Part shown: piece after piece, positions 34,547 to 45,227 of the stretch | How positions within the stretch are numbered: the first letter of the stretch is position 1 | Layout of the letters: every line of letters begins with the position of its first letter | NCBI GenBank assembly: GCA_963844715.1 | Contig: CAWJPJ010000006.1 | Coordinates: 608,001-672,000, forward strand | DNA from: an uncultured Phycisphaerales bacterium | GTDB taxonomy: Bacteria; Planctomycetota; Phycisphaerae; Tepidisphaerales; Tepidisphaeraceae | Direction of reading: 5' to 3' | DNA length: 64,000 bases | Notes under the pieces: generated by a model | The model's input: the letters and a program-made list of their open reading frames with translations, nothing else | What the model was told of the DNA's origin: nothing | Databases searched by the model: none | Translations under genes and position numbers: made by a program

Positions 34547-35601
34547 TTGATCATTGTCATGCAATCCAACGCACCCCAGGCGGCCATCGACCGGGTGGTT
34601 CGTGAAATCGAGAAGATGGGGTGCCAGCCGCACCTTTCCCAGGGTCGATTCCGAACCGTCATCGGCGCCGTCGGCGAAGAAGCCAACATCGATCAAAACC
34701 ATCTGGCGACTCTGGACGGCGTGGAAAAAGTCGTCCCCATCATGAAGCCTTACAAACTCGCCAGCCGCGAGTTTCATGAGGAGGATTCGATCGTCGAGGT
34801 GGGCGGCGGAACTGTGCCGAAAGTAAAGGTCGGCGGCCTCCACACGGTCTGCATCGCCGGGCCTTGCGCGGTCGAAAATGAAACCATGCTGCGCACCATC
34901 GCCCGCCAAGTGCGAGACCGCGGCGCGACGATTTTCGCGGGGGCGTCTACAAGCCGCGCACAAGTCCCTATTCGTTCCAGGGATTGGGCGAATCGGCCCT
35001 GAAGTTAATGCGCCAAACCGGCGACGAACTGGGGATGCCCATCTGCGTCGAAGTCATGGACACCCGGCAGGTCGAGCCGATGGAAAAGTTCGTCGACTGC
35101 TTTCAGATCGGCGCGCGGAACATGCAGAATTTCGATCTCCTCCGCGAAGTCGGAAAAACCCGAAAAGCCGTGCTCCTCAAGCGCGGGCTGGCCGCCAGCG
35201 TGAAGGATTGGCTTCTTTCCGCGGAATATATTTTGAGCATGGGGAATCGCTCCCTCATCCTCTGCGAGCGCGGAATCAAAACTTTTGAAGACAGCATTCG
35301 CTACACGCTGGACGTAACCAGCTTCCCGGTTTTGCGGAAGCTGACCCATTTGCCCGTGATCATCGATCCGAGCCATGCCGCGGGCGTTCGGGATTACGTT
35401 CCGGCGATCGCCGCGGCGGGAATCGCCGCCGGAGCCAACGGCTTGATCGTAGAAGTTCATTACTGCCCCTCCGAAGCCCAGTGCGACGGGCCGCAGGCGC
35501 TCTTGCCCGAGGTTTTCGGGGATTTAATGTCCCAATTGAGGAAGATCGCCGCCGTCTTCGGGCGCGAATTCGCCGAGGTCGGCGAGCCGGTCCACAACTA
35601 G
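34547..35601 (+). CDS. aroF: DAHP synthase type I-beta with N-terminal ferredoxin-like regulatory domain (frameshift ~34940)
   Basis: IAGPCAVE, KPRTSPYSFQG (after the shift), QIGARNMQNF, LCERGI and DPSH. Confidence 0.93.
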
Positions 35602-35612
35602 GGAATGCCAAA

Positions 35613-36368
35613 ATGAAACGCGTATCGTTCGTTGCCGGCAACTGGAAGATGAATACGACCAAAGCGACCGCCGTCGAATTGGCGAAATCCGTCGCCAAGG
35701 GTTTGCCCGCCCATGCGACGGTCGGGGTCGCCCCGCCGTTCGTCTATCTCGACGCCGTCGGCGCCGCCATCACCGGTTCGAAACTGCTGCTCGGGGCGCA
35801 GGATGTTTATTTTGAAAAGAATGGGGCGTTTACGGGCGAGATTTCAATTGAAATGCTGAAGGACCTGGCCGTGAAATTCGTGCTGACGGGGCACAGCGAG
35901 CGCCGGCATGTCATCCTTGAGCCGCCGGCGCTGATCGCCAAGAAGGCCGCGGCGGTATATGCCGGCGGACTGACCCTCGTGCATTGCGTGGGGGAAAAAC
36001 TCGAGCAGCGCGATGCCGGAAAGACCTTTGAGGTCGTACAATCACAATTGGATGAACTGTCGGCCCCGGCAATGCTTGACCCGGAACGGCTGGTGATCGC
36101 CTACGAGCCGGTTTGGGCCATCGGCACCGGGCGGACGGCGACCGATGCGCAGGCGGAGGAAGTTCATCAGTACATTCGCCAGTCGCTTGCGAAAAAATGG
36201 AACAAGGATTACGCGGATCACGTGCGAATCCAATATGGCGGCAGCGTCAAGCCGGAAAACGCCCGCGGTTTGCTCGCCCAGCCGGACATTGACGGAGCCC
36301 TGGTCGGCGGCGCATCGCTCAAGCCTGACGGGTTCCTGGGAATCGCCGCCGCGGCGCCGGCTCGATGA
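35613..36368 (+). CDS. tpiA: Triosephosphate isomerase
   Basis: AGNWKMN, GHSERR, AYEPVWAIGTG, YGGSV and LVGGASL. Confidence 0.98.
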   Translation: MKRVSFVAGNWKMNTTKATAVELAKSVAKGLPAHATVGVAPPFVYLDAVGAAITGSKLLLGAQDVYFEKNGAFTGEISIEMLKDLAVKFVLTGHSERRHVILEPPALIAKKAAAVYAGGLTLVHCVGEKLEQRDAGKTFEVVQSQLDELSAPAMLDPERLVIAYEPVWAIGTGRTATDAQAEEVHQYIRQSLAKKWNKDYADHVRIQYGGSVKPENARGLLAQPDIDGALVGGASLKPDGFLGIAAAAPAR

Positions 36369-36387
36369 TTTATTGATCGGAGTTTCG

Positions 36388-36708
36388 ATGCTTCTCACTT
36401 TCTATTACGGGATCACCGGGCTGTTTCTGGTGCTCTGCGTCGTGTTGGTCCTGATCGTGCTCATTCAAAAAGGGCGCGGCGGAGGGATTTCCAGCGCCTT
36501 CGGGGGCTCGGGCGGAAATACCGCATTCGGTGCCAAGACCGGCGACGTGCTCACCTGGGCGACCAGCATCATATTCGGGCTCTTTATGCTTCTGGCGATC
36601 GCGCTGAATCTGATCGCCGACAAGATGGACCAGCCGCAGCAACCCACGCAACAGGCCACCCCAGCCGCGCCCGCCGCGCCCAGTGCGCCAATGCCCCCAT
36701 CCCAATAA
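36388..36708 (+). CDS. secG: Preprotein translocase subunit SecG
   Basis: VLIQKGRGGGISSAFGG, two TM helices, follows tpiA. Confidence 0.93.
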   Translation: MLLTFYYGITGLFLVLCVVLVLIVLIQKGRGGGISSAFGGSGGNTAFGAKTGDVLTWATSIIFGLFMLLAIALNLIADKMDQPQQPTQQATPAAPAAPSAPMPPSQ

Positions 36709-36730
36709 AACCCACCCTGGATCGACACGC

Positions 36731-37612
36731 ATGATTGTCAGCATGACCGGATTTGGAGACGCCACCGCCGAACGCGACGGCACCCATTACTCCGTGGAAA
36801 TCCGGTCGCTCAACAACCGGTACTTCAAGCCGATCATCAAGCTCCCGGATAATCTGAGCGGCCTGGAACCGGAGATCGAAACCCTGCTCCGGCAGAAGCT
36901 CGGACGGGGATCAATCACCTTCATCCTGAAAATGCGCCTCAATAGCGCCGAGGCGGCCTATCACATCAATGGGCAGGCGCTGAGGGCTTATCTGGACCAG
37001 TTGCAGGAAATTGAGGGACTGGAAAATTTCGTGCGGATCGATCTGGCGAGCCTTGTGAGTCTGCCGGGCGTGTGCCAGGAGCCGCGGGACGAATCGGACG
37101 AAATCGAAAAGCATGGCCCGGTCGTGCGCGACCTGGCCGAGGCGGCGATCACGCGATTGTCCGCCATGCGGGCGCGCGAGGGGCAGGCGATGCTGGTCGA
37201 TCTGCTGAAGCACACAAAGCAGATCACCGCGCATTTATCTGAAATTCAGACCCGCGCGCCGTTCGTCGTCGAGGATTATCACAAAAGATTGGCGATGCGC
37301 GTGAACCAGCTTGTCGCGCGAGCCGAGTTAAATATTGATCAGCGCGATCTGATCAAGGAAGTGGCGCTCTTCGCCGAGCGCGCGGACATCAGCGAGGAGA
37401 TCGCCCGCCTGCGCAGCCATCTCGAGGCGTTCGAGCAGGCGTGCAACGACAGCGAGCATTCGGGGCGAAAGCTGGACTTCATCGCCCAGGAAATGCTGAG
37501 GGAAGCGAACACGATCGCCTCCAAGGCCAACGATGCGTCCATCGCCACCCATATCGTGGACATCAAGGGCGCCATCGACCGGCTCAAGGAGCAGGTTCAG
37601 AACATCGAATAA
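36731..37612 (+). CDS. yicC: YicC/YloC family endoribonuclease
   Basis: SMTGFG, EIRSLNNRY, DISEEIARL, GRKLDFIAQEMLREANT and KEQVQNIE. Confidence 0.95.
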   Translation: MIVSMTGFGDATAERDGTHYSVEIRSLNNRYFKPIIKLPDNLSGLEPEIETLLRQKLGRGSITFILKMRLNSAEAAYHINGQALRAYLDQLQEIEGLENFVRIDLASLVSLPGVCQEPRDESDEIEKHGPVVRDLAEAAITRLSAMRAREGQAMLVDLLKHTKQITAHLSEIQTRAPFVVEDYHKRLAMRVNQLVARAELNIDQRDLIKEVALFAERADISEEIARLRSHLEAFEQACNDSEHSGRKLDFIAQEMLREANTIASKANDASIATHIVDIKGAIDRLKEQVQNIE

Positions 37613-37613
37613 C

Positions 37614-38207
37614 ATGGAACGCCGAAAAAACCCTCCATCCGGTCTATTGGTCGTGCTCTGCGGACCCTCGGGCGTCGGCAAAAGCACCATCGCGCGCGAA
37701 CTCGCCGAAAAATACGGGCTGCATTACATCGTCAGCGCGACCACGCGGGCCAACGCACCGGGTGATGATCAGGGGAAAATCTACCAGCACATTACCGCCG
37801 ACGAATTTTTCAATCGGCTCGACAAGGATGAGTTCCTGGAATATGCCCAGGTTTATGGCGACTATTACGGAACGCCCAAGCACCCGACCCTCGAGGACCT
37901 GGCCACGGGAAAGGACGTTTTGCTGGAAATCGACGTCCAGGGGGCCTTGCAGGTGCGGTTTCAGTATCCCAATGCATTGATGATCTTCATTTTGCCGCCC
38001 GATGAGCCTACACTGTTGCAACGATTGCAAACCCGAGGCCGCGACAGCGCGGACGAAATCGCCAAACGGTTCCGGGCCGCGAAGCGTGAAATTCATATGG
38101 CCAAGGGAAGCCGGGCTTTCGATTACATGGTGATCAACGACGACCTGGACCGCGCGGTTCAGGAGATTCTCAAGATTATTCGGCACAAACGAGCCGGAGG
38201 AATTTAA
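37614..38207 (+). CDS. gmk: Guanylate kinase
   Basis: GPSGVGKST, SATTR, YYGTP and EIDVQGA. Confidence 0.96.
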   Translation: MERRKNPPSGLLVVLCGPSGVGKSTIARELAEKYGLHYIVSATTRANAPGDDQGKIYQHITADEFFNRLDKDEFLEYAQVYGDYYGTPKHPTLEDLATGKDVLLEIDVQGALQVRFQYPNALMIFILPPDEPTLLQRLQTRGRDSADEIAKRFRAAKREIHMAKGSRAFDYMVINDDLDRAVQEILKIIRHKRAGGI

Positions 38208-38212
38208 CGACA

Positions 38213-38437
38213 ATGATTGAAGCACTGAAAAGCGACGAGATCGTGACCAAGGTTGGCGGCCGATTCAAACTCACCGCCCTGATTCAGAAGCGCCTGCTAG
38301 AGCTGATGGACGGCGCTCGCCCCCTCGTCGAACGGGAAAACATGACCGATCTCGAGGTGGTGGTCCAGGAGATTCTCCAGGACAAGATCGCCATCGACTA
38401 CGAAGCCAGCGGGCTCGATGCGCCGGTCGTGAAATAA
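38213..38437 (+). CDS. rpoZ: RNA polymerase omega subunit
   Basis: KVGGRFKLTALIQKR...EILQDKI; located between gmk and coaC. Confidence 0.88.
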   Translation: MIEALKSDEIVTKVGGRFKLTALIQKRLLELMDGARPLVERENMTDLEVVVQEILQDKIAIDYEASGLDAPVVK

Positions 38438-38441
38438 AGTC

Positions 38442-39032
38442 ATGGCAGCCGAATCCCTCAAAGGGCGAGAGATCGTCATCGCGGTTTGCGGCGGTATCGC
38501 CGCCTACAAAACCGCGGACATCGTCAGCAAGCTTGTCCAGACCGGGGCGGGCGTGACGGTCGCCATGACTGAAGACGCCCGGAAGTTCGTCGCCCCGCTG
38601 ACGTTCGAGGCGCTGTCCGGCCGAGCCGTGCATACGCATACGTTCGACCTGAAGGACAGCTCCGACCCGCAGCATATCTCCCTGACGGAACAGGCGGATG
38701 TGATGCTAGTCGCCCCGGCCACGGCGAACATCCTCGCCAAAACCGCGTGCGGCCTGACGGACGACCTCGTCAGCCTGCTCATCTGCGCCGCAGCGTGCCC
38801 GGTCGTCTTCGCGCCATCGATGAATAACCGAATGTGGGAAAACGCCATCACGCAACAGAATGTCGAGAAGCTGAAATCGCTCGGCTATCGGTTTTTGGGA
38901 CCGGACTCCGGATGGCTGGCCTGCCGGAACGTAGGGGCCGGGAGAATGGCCGAGCCTCAGCATATCGTTCAAGAAATGACCAAACTCCTCGGCGAATCGG
39001 AATCTCGTCCGCGCACCAAAAAGAAAGTTTGA
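38442..39032 (+). CDS. coaC: Phosphopantothenoylcysteine decarboxylase (stand-alone CoaC flavoprotein domain)
   Basis: GGIAAYK, VAPATAN, APSMN and GWLACRNVGAGRM; no CoaB domain follows. Confidence 0.88.
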   Translation: MAAESLKGREIVIAVCGGIAAYKTADIVSKLVQTGAGVTVAMTEDARKFVAPLTFEALSGRAVHTHTFDLKDSSDPQHISLTEQADVMLVAPATANILAKTACGLTDDLVSLLICAAACPVVFAPSMNNRMWENAITQQNVEKLKSLGYRFLGPDSGWLACRNVGAGRMAEPQHIVQEMTKLLGESESRPRTKKKV

Positions 39033-39036
39033 TTTA

Positions 39037-39151
39037 TCCCCTCTCCCATTCGTGCAGTTCCGGCACGGTGGGATAGGGTGAGGGGCGATTCTCGAACCTC
39101 GAAAACCGCCCCTCACCCCGACCCTCTCCCCGTGAGTACACAGGGAGAGGG
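39037..39151. repeat. REP-like family A doublet
   Basis: CCCCTCTCCC...GGGTGAGGGGCG ... CGCCCCTCACCCCGACCCTCTCCC...GGGAGAGGG. Confidence 0.85.
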
Positions 39152-39159
39152 AAACACAA

Positions 39160-40873
39160 ATGCCCACGATCCTCCACCAACTCGACCAGAAATTCCGCTC
39201 CGCCATCAAAGCGGCGTTCGCCATCGATTCCGACCCCCAACTCGCGGCCAGTCAAAACGACAAATTCGGCGATTACCAATCCAACGCGGCCATGGGATTG
39301 GCCAAAATCCTGGGCGAAAAGGAAGGCAAGAAGCTCAATCCCCGGGCGATTGCCGAACAGGTAAAAAGCAAACTGGAATTGGGGGAGATGGCGTCGGAGG
39401 TTTCGATCGCCGGCCCGGGTTTTATCAACGTGCGGCTGGCGCCGGCATGGTTGGCCAAAGAGCTTGCCGAGCCGCTAATTGAAAAAACCGCCAACCCGCA
39501 AACGATTGTCGTGGACTATTCGGGGCCGAATATCGCCAAGGAAATGCACGTCGGCCATTTGCGGAGCACGATTATTGGCGATGCGATCAGCCGGATTCTG
39601 GAAGACCAGGGACACAAAGTCATTCGGCAAAATCATATCGGCGATTGGGGGACGCAGTTTGGGATGCTGATCGCCTATCTCAAGGAAGCCCACCCTGAAA
39701 TCCAATCAAACCCTGAGGCGGTGTTTCTGGCTGACCTCGAAGAATTTTATCGAAGCGCCAAGCAAAGGTTTGATGGCGATCCGCAGTTTGCGAACAAAGC
39801 CCGCAAAGATGTTACCGAGTTGCAGGGAGGCGGACAGGCGGAATTAAACTGGTGGAAATTCATCGTTCAACAGACTCGCGCACTATACAAAGATATATCG
39901 TGAGCTGGAGGTAAAGCTCGGACCCAACGACGAACGGGGTGAATCATCCTACAACGATCAGCTTTCGTCCGTCGTCGCTGAGCTAAAACAGAAGAATATC
40001 GCGATCGATTCCGAAGGCGCCGTCGTCGTCAAAGCACCCGGCTACGAATCCCCCCTGATTATTCAAAAATCCGACGGCGGATATCTCTACGGCACGACTG
40101 ATCTCGCCGCCATTCGGTTTCGAATCAAGGACCTGCACGCCGATAAGATCATTTACACCCACGACAGTCGCCAGCAGCAGCACTTCAATCAGGTCTTTTG
40201 GACCGCCGAGCAGGCCGGCTGGGCCAAACCCGGAATGCTGATTTACGCCCCCTTCGGCTCCATGCTGGGCGAAGACGGCAAGCCCTTCAAAACCCGCACC
40301 GGCGGAACGGTGAAGCTCAAGGAATTACTCGACGAAGCCGAGCAGCGGGCCCTGGCCGTGGTAACGGAGAAGAATCCCGAGTTGCCAGGAGAGAAGCGGG
40401 AGCAGATTGCCCATGCCGTCGGGATCGGGGCGGTGAAGTATGCCGATCTGGCCAAGGATCGGATCAGCGATTATGTCTTCTCCTTCGACAAGATGCTGGC
40501 CCTGGATGGGAATACCGCGCCGTACCTTCAATACGCCCACGCCCGAATTCGCTCCATCGGCCGCAAGGCCGTCGAAAGCGGCGTAAAACCCGGAAACGTG
40601 ACCCTCCAATCGCCTTACGAATTGGCCCTGGCGAAACATATTCTGCGCTTTACAGAGGTGGTGGAATTGGCGGCTCGCGAATTGAAGCCGCATTATCTGT
40701 GCACCTACCTTTACGAATTGGCAACACGTTTCAGCGGGTTTTACGAGAATTGCCCGGTGCTGCAAAGCGAACCAGAGATTCGCGCAAGCCGATTGGCGTT
40801 ATGCGAATTTACCGCCAAGGCCTTGGAGACGGGGTTGGATCTGCTCGGAATCGAACACCCGAATCAGATGTAA
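39160..40873 (+). CDS. argS: Arginine--tRNA ligase (one frameshift ~39895)
   Basis: GDYQSN, AGPGFIN, PNIAKEMHVGHLRS, GDWGTQFG, KTRTG and GNTAPYLQY. Confidence 0.97.
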
Positions 40874-40922
40874 ATTCGTTTTACCGCGAAGCCGCGACGA
40901 GCGCGAAGAAACAACAAAATCT

Positions 40923-41004
40923 AACCACGGATTTCACGGATGGCACGGATAAGAGAAATACAAATTTCTTCTCTTCATCCGTGTCATCCGTGAAATCCGT
41001 GGTT
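40923..41004. repeat. REP-like hairpin family B
   Basis: AACCACGGATTTCACGGATGGCACGGAT ... ATCCGTGTCATCCGTGAAATCCGTGGTT between convergent argS and GH44. Confidence 0.88.
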
Positions 41005-41067
41005 TAACAGTTCTTCCTTTTCTTCTTCGCGATCGGAGTCTAGCCGCCGTGGCGGGCGTCTTAGCGG

Positions 41068-42684
41068 CTAATTCTTTATCGTGAGTCTGATCGTGCTGAC
41101 GCTGTCGGGGGGCAGTTCAATCTGTAATTTGTTGGAGTTGGCAATCTTAGTATCCGAGACCGGTTGCGGCATCTTGCCGGCTGATGTCAGGGAGAAAATC
41201 TCCATCCGCGTATAAGTCTTCGCGTTCGACAGATTGAATTCCGTGGCCAGCGGCCGGGTCGATTTGTTGATCGCGACCAGGATCATTTCGCCCGGACGAT
41301 CGGATTGAAGGCTGGCATAGATGGACGTATCGGCGGGGTCGTTCGTGGTGGCGCGGATGCTCGTATCGCCAAACGCGCCATCCTGCCCGTCGAAATCGCG
41401 GAACATACGGAACGCCGCGGCGATAAAGGGCTCATGATCAGCCAGCGGCCACTCGCACGCGGCAAACACGCCTTCGTGGCCGAAGATTCCCAGGCAATCA
41501 GCTTCAGCGATCGCGCCGGAGATTTCGTCCCACCCACCGAAGTTGTATTCGCTGATGGAGAGGCGCGTGCCCGGGTAATTGCGATTGATTTTGCCCAAGA
41601 GCCGGTGGATCAGATCGATCGGGCCGGACCCGTTCTTGGTGATCCAGCTATTTTCGACGTAGGTCGGGTCCCAAAGCGAGCGGGTGTCCTGCACGCGGGC
41701 GGCCGCCACATCCGGCGAGGAATCTTTTTCGGTAATTCGAATTTTGCGGACTCGCACCGAGGGATACCAATGGACGTCGAACACGTCGAGCAATCTGCGC
41801 CCCGCTTTTGTCCCGGCGTCTTTCATCGCCCGCAAATAAACTTCCTGAAAATCGCGCCCACCGGCGTCGGGCGCGCCTTGCAGATTCACGAACGCATGCC
41901 ACCCGTAATTTGCTGGGCCGAAGACGAGCGTGTTCGGATCGATATGCTTCACGGCCATCGCATACTGAATGCTTTTATCGATCAGTTCCGCGTAGGTCGT
42001 TTTTTCCGCATGCACCTCCGCATGAGTCTGACTCCACAGGCTCGGCTCATTATCCAACATGAACCAGATGGGGGACTTCGCATCCGTCGAGCCGTATGGA
42101 TAGCGTATCTGAACCCAATTGACGAACTCATCCTGATAAATGACGGGTGAATTCAGGTCGGGCGTCAAGGTAAATGGCGCATTCTTGAACGGCTGCTCCG
42201 GTCGAAACCGCTTACTCAGATAATCCGGGTCGCCGCGCAGGTCGCCGTCCCCTTTTTTGTCGGCCGAGACGTAACCGACCATGGGGACGGTGAGGATAAT
42301 GGCGGCGCGATTTTGCGGCGCATTTTCGATTCCCGGGATCATCGCCCCGCCGGGAAGGTCGCCCCCGCCGAGGAAATTATCATTCTGGTAATGCCAGTCA
42401 TTTCCGGCGTTGGAGGCGTTGTTGGTCCAGTTATACGCCGACCAGCGATTGCCGCCGAGGCGCGTCAGAGTGATGTTGGGATAATCCCGATCGATGGGGT
42501 GATTGACTCCGTAGATAAAGCGCGAGATCGGTTTGACGTCGGCTGTGGCGTCGATCGTGAACTGAATCGGCTCGGAAATCGACCCGGCCTGAGCTACCGC
42601 GAAGGCGCGAAGCACGCTAAGAAGAACAACCAGGGCAAATATCCAATGCTTTTTCTTGGCGTCTTCGCGCCTTGGCGGTTTCAT
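41068..42684 (-). CDS. Glycoside hydrolase family 44 (endoglucanase/xyloglucanase)
   Basis: ISRFIYGVN, RLGGNRWSAYNW..NASNAGNDW, LDNEP, DVHWYP, RSLWDPTY and ISEYNFGG. Confidence 0.9.
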   Translation of the reverse strand: MKPPRREDAKKKHWIFALVVLLSVLRAFAVAQAGSISEPIQFTIDATADVKPISRFIYGVNHPIDRDYPNITLTRLGGNRWSAYNWTNNASNAGNDWHYQNDNFLGGGDLPGGAMIPGIENAPQNRAAIILTVPMVGYVSADKKGDGDLRGDPDYLSKRFRPEQPFKNAPFTLTPDLNSPVIYQDEFVNWVQIRYPYGSTDAKSPIWFMLDNEPSLWSQTHAEVHAEKTTYAELIDKSIQYAMAVKHIDPNTLVFGPANYGWHAFVNLQGAPDAGGRDFQEVYLRAMKDAGTKAGRRLLDVFDVHWYPSVRVRKIRITEKDSSPDVAAARVQDTRSLWDPTYVENSWITKNGSGPIDLIHRLLGKINRNYPGTRLSISEYNFGGWDEISGAIAEADCLGIFGHEGVFAACEWPLADHEPFIAAAFRMFRDFDGQDGAFGDTSIRATTNDPADTSIYASLQSDRPGEMILVAINKSTRPLATEFNLSNAKTYTRMEIFSLTSAGKMPQPVSDTKIANSNKLQIELPPDSVSTIRLTIKN

Positions 42685-42690
42685 CCGTAT

Positions 42691-43743
42691 TTAGTGATTG
42701 GCAGTCGGATCCCAGCCGCCGAGGACCTCCGTGATGGTCGTCGCGGCGGCTTCTTCATCCGTCAATTGCCTGGACCACGGAACGCGTTTGTCCGGGTTTG
42801 CGCCGGGGCCGATGCTTTTATATTCGGCGTATCTGACGGTGTGAATTCTTTGCGGAACGCTCTTCCACGGTGACCAGCCGGCGGGGTTGATCTGCGGGCC
42901 CATCCAGCAATTCATATAAATCGCCGCGGCAAAGTCGCGCCAAGGGCGGCCCAGATAAACTGAGCCGTCTTTCACGTCGTCGGCAGCCGTGAGCTTGCAG
43001 TTCATGAAGACGTACCCGTATTCGGCGGTCTTCAGTGTTGAACCCGCGGTGAGATAGCCCGCGTGTTTGGAGTGAATTTCGCAGTCTTGGAAGACGGCCG
43101 TCGAATTTCCGAAGATGAAATCTACCGTTCCCTCGATGTAGCAATTTTCGAAGTAGAGGCGGTTGGTCCATGAAGCCGTGGGGGCCACGGTGGTCGCGGG
43201 GCCGTGGGTGCCGGGGATAGAGGGCCGGGTATCGCCCTGCGTGAGAGGGGGCGGCCCGCCGTTGGTGAAGAGAGTGTCCACCAAGCCGACGAATCGGCAC
43301 CGGCGGAAAATGTCGCGATCCCCTTCGGCCGCAATCGCCACGGCCTGCGAAGAATTTGGCGGCGTGGAATTCGCGAAGGTCAGATCATCCGCTTCAAATT
43401 CCGCCGAGCGAATGGTCGTGCTCGCGCTCCGCGCCGTACCGATGGGAATGCCATTGGGGCCGGCGGTGTTGTGCTGGAGATTGAAGACCAGCACGGTCGC
43501 GGCGGCGTCATCCCCGTACATTCGAATCGGCGGCTTGTCGTAAGCGACGGTAATGTGCTCCGTGTAGGTGCCCGGCTTCACGTGAATCACCACCGGCTTG
43601 GGCCCGGCGGGGATGGAATCGATTGCCTGTTGAATGGATGTGAATTTTCCAGTGCCGTCCGCGGCGACTGTGATGGTTTCAGTCGACGAACAGGCCGAGA
43701 GAAAAAGAAAAAGCAAAGCCGAGAGCCCGCCCAGGCGTTTCAT
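42691..43743 (-). CDS. Pectinesterase family (CE8) lipoprotein
   Basis: Lipobox LSAC; VAADGTGKFTSIQQAID, QAVA, DFIFG and YLGRPW. Confidence 0.9.
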   Translation of the reverse strand: MKRLGGLSALLFLFLSACSSTETITVAADGTGKFTSIQQAIDSIPAGPKPVVIHVKPGTYTEHITVAYDKPPIRMYGDDAAATVLVFNLQHNTAGPNGIPIGTARSASTTIRSAEFEADDLTFANSTPPNSSQAVAIAAEGDRDIFRRCRFVGLVDTLFTNGGPPPLTQGDTRPSIPGTHGPATTVAPTASWTNRLYFENCYIEGTVDFIFGNSTAVFQDCEIHSKHAGYLTAGSTLKTAEYGYVFMNCKLTAADDVKDGSVYLGRPWRDFAAAIYMNCWMGPQINPAGWSPWKSVPQRIHTVRYAEYKSIGPGANPDKRVPWSRQLTDEEAAATTITEVLGGWDPTANH

Positions 43744-43810
43744 CGATACAGCGCGCGACGCTGTCTCGAGGGCGTACCGCCGCGTGTTGCCCCGCGGCTC
43801 CCGGTTTTTT

Positions 43811-43930
43811 TCCCCTCTCCCCATGTACTCATGGGGAGAGGGCCAGGGTGAGGGGCGATTTTTTTTGGAGCGTCGAATCCCGCCCCTCACCCCAACCCGC
43901 CGTGCCGGAACTAAAGGAGTGGGCGAGGGG
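43811..43930. repeat. REP-like family A doublet between the pectinesterase genes
   Basis: CCCCTCTCCCC...GGGGAGAGGGCCAGGGTGAGGGG ... CCCCTCACCCCAACCC. Confidence 0.85.
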
Positions 43931-43973
43931 ATTAATGCTGTGCATCCATTAACGATTTCCCGTCCGGATAGAC

Positions 43974-45110
43974 TCATTGCGCACTCGCACCCGACGGACT
44001 TGAGGAGGGATTCCAATGGTCCTCGCCGCCGAGCACCGCGGGAATGGTGATCGCCGCCGCCTCATCGGCAGTCAGCTGCTTCGACCATTTCACGCGCTTG
44101 TCCGGGATTGCGCCCGGGCCGGTGCTGCCATACTCGGCGTAGCGAACCGTATAAATGCGATTCGGTGCGGACTTCCAGGGGAACCAGCCGTCGGGGCTGA
44201 TTTGCGGGCCCATCCAGCAATTCAAATAAACGACGTTGGCATATTGGCGCCACGGGCGCCCGAGATAGACGGAGCCGTCCTTCACATCGGGCGAGGCGGT
44301 CAATTTGCAGTCTATGAAAACGTACCCGAAGGGCACGCCGCGCACCGTGGAGGCCGCCGTGAGATAGCCGTGGCGCTTGCTGTGGATCTCGCAGCGGTTG
44401 AAGACGGCAGTCGAGTTGCCGAAGATGAAATCGACCCCGCCCTCGATGTAGGAATCTTCGAAATAGAGACGATTGGCGGGGGCAGCCGGTGCAACGGGAG
44501 CCGTGGCGGCCGGCGCACCCCCGGCCGGGATGGGGGCCTCGGCGCCGGGCGACGATCTGCCGTTGGTGTAGATCGTGTCCTGCCACCCCAGGAATCGGCA
44601 GCGGCGATAAATCTGCCTGTCGCCCAGACACGAAATCGCCAGGGCCTGTGAAATGTCCCGAGGAGTGGAATTGGCGAAGGTGACTTCATCCGCCTCGAAA
44701 TCATCGGCATAAGCCACGACGCTGGCGGTTTTAAAGGTTCCGATTTTCTTTCCATCCGGCCCGAGCTTATTCGCCTGGAGATCGAAGGTCAGGATCGTCG
44801 TCTGCGCGTCGTCGCCGTAAACGCGAATCGGCGGTTTATCGCGCGTGATGGTGATGTGCTCGGTGTAGGTGCCGGGCTTGACGTGAATCGTCGCCGGAGC
44901 GGAGCCGGGCATGATGGAATCGATCGCGGCCTGGACCGTCTTAAATTGTCCGGTCCCGTCGGCGGCAACGACGATTTCCGGCGCCGGCTTGGGCACGTTG
45001 CTCACGTTGCTATTGCTGGCGCCGGTGCTGTTGCTGTTGCTGGCACACCCGACCGCGCCAACGATCCAAATCGCGGCGACGCTGCAAACGGCAAGGGTTC
45101 TACCTCTCAT
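43974..45110 (-). CDS. Pectinesterase family (CE8) lipoprotein
   Basis: Lipobox AVGC; QALA, GWQDT, DFIFG and YLGRPW; true start at MRGRTL inside the long 43974..46550 ORF. Confidence 0.9.
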   Translation of the reverse strand: MRGRTLAVCSVAAIWIVGAVGCASNSNSTGASNSNVSNVPKPAPEIVVAADGTGQFKTVQAAIDSIMPGSAPATIHVKPGTYTEHITITRDKPPIRVYGDDAQTTILTFDLQANKLGPDGKKIGTFKTASVVAYADDFEADEVTFANSTPRDISQALAISCLGDRQIYRRCRFLGWQDTIYTNGRSSPGAEAPIPAGGAPAATAPVAPAAPANRLYFEDSYIEGGVDFIFGNSTAVFNRCEIHSKRHGYLTAASTVRGVPFGYVFIDCKLTASPDVKDGSVYLGRPWRQYANVVYLNCWMGPQISPDGWFPWKSAPNRIYTVRYAEYGSTGPGAIPDKRVKWSKQLTADEAAAITIPAVLGGEDHWNPSSSPSGASAQ

Positions 45111-45227
45111 CAATCGATCCTCCTCGTGGGAGGAATGATAGCTTTGACGGGCGTGAGCCGGTAGGCCTGATGTCGATGATCCTCTTGCACTTTTGGCCGG
45201 GAGGATTGCAACAGTAAGATACCCCCC

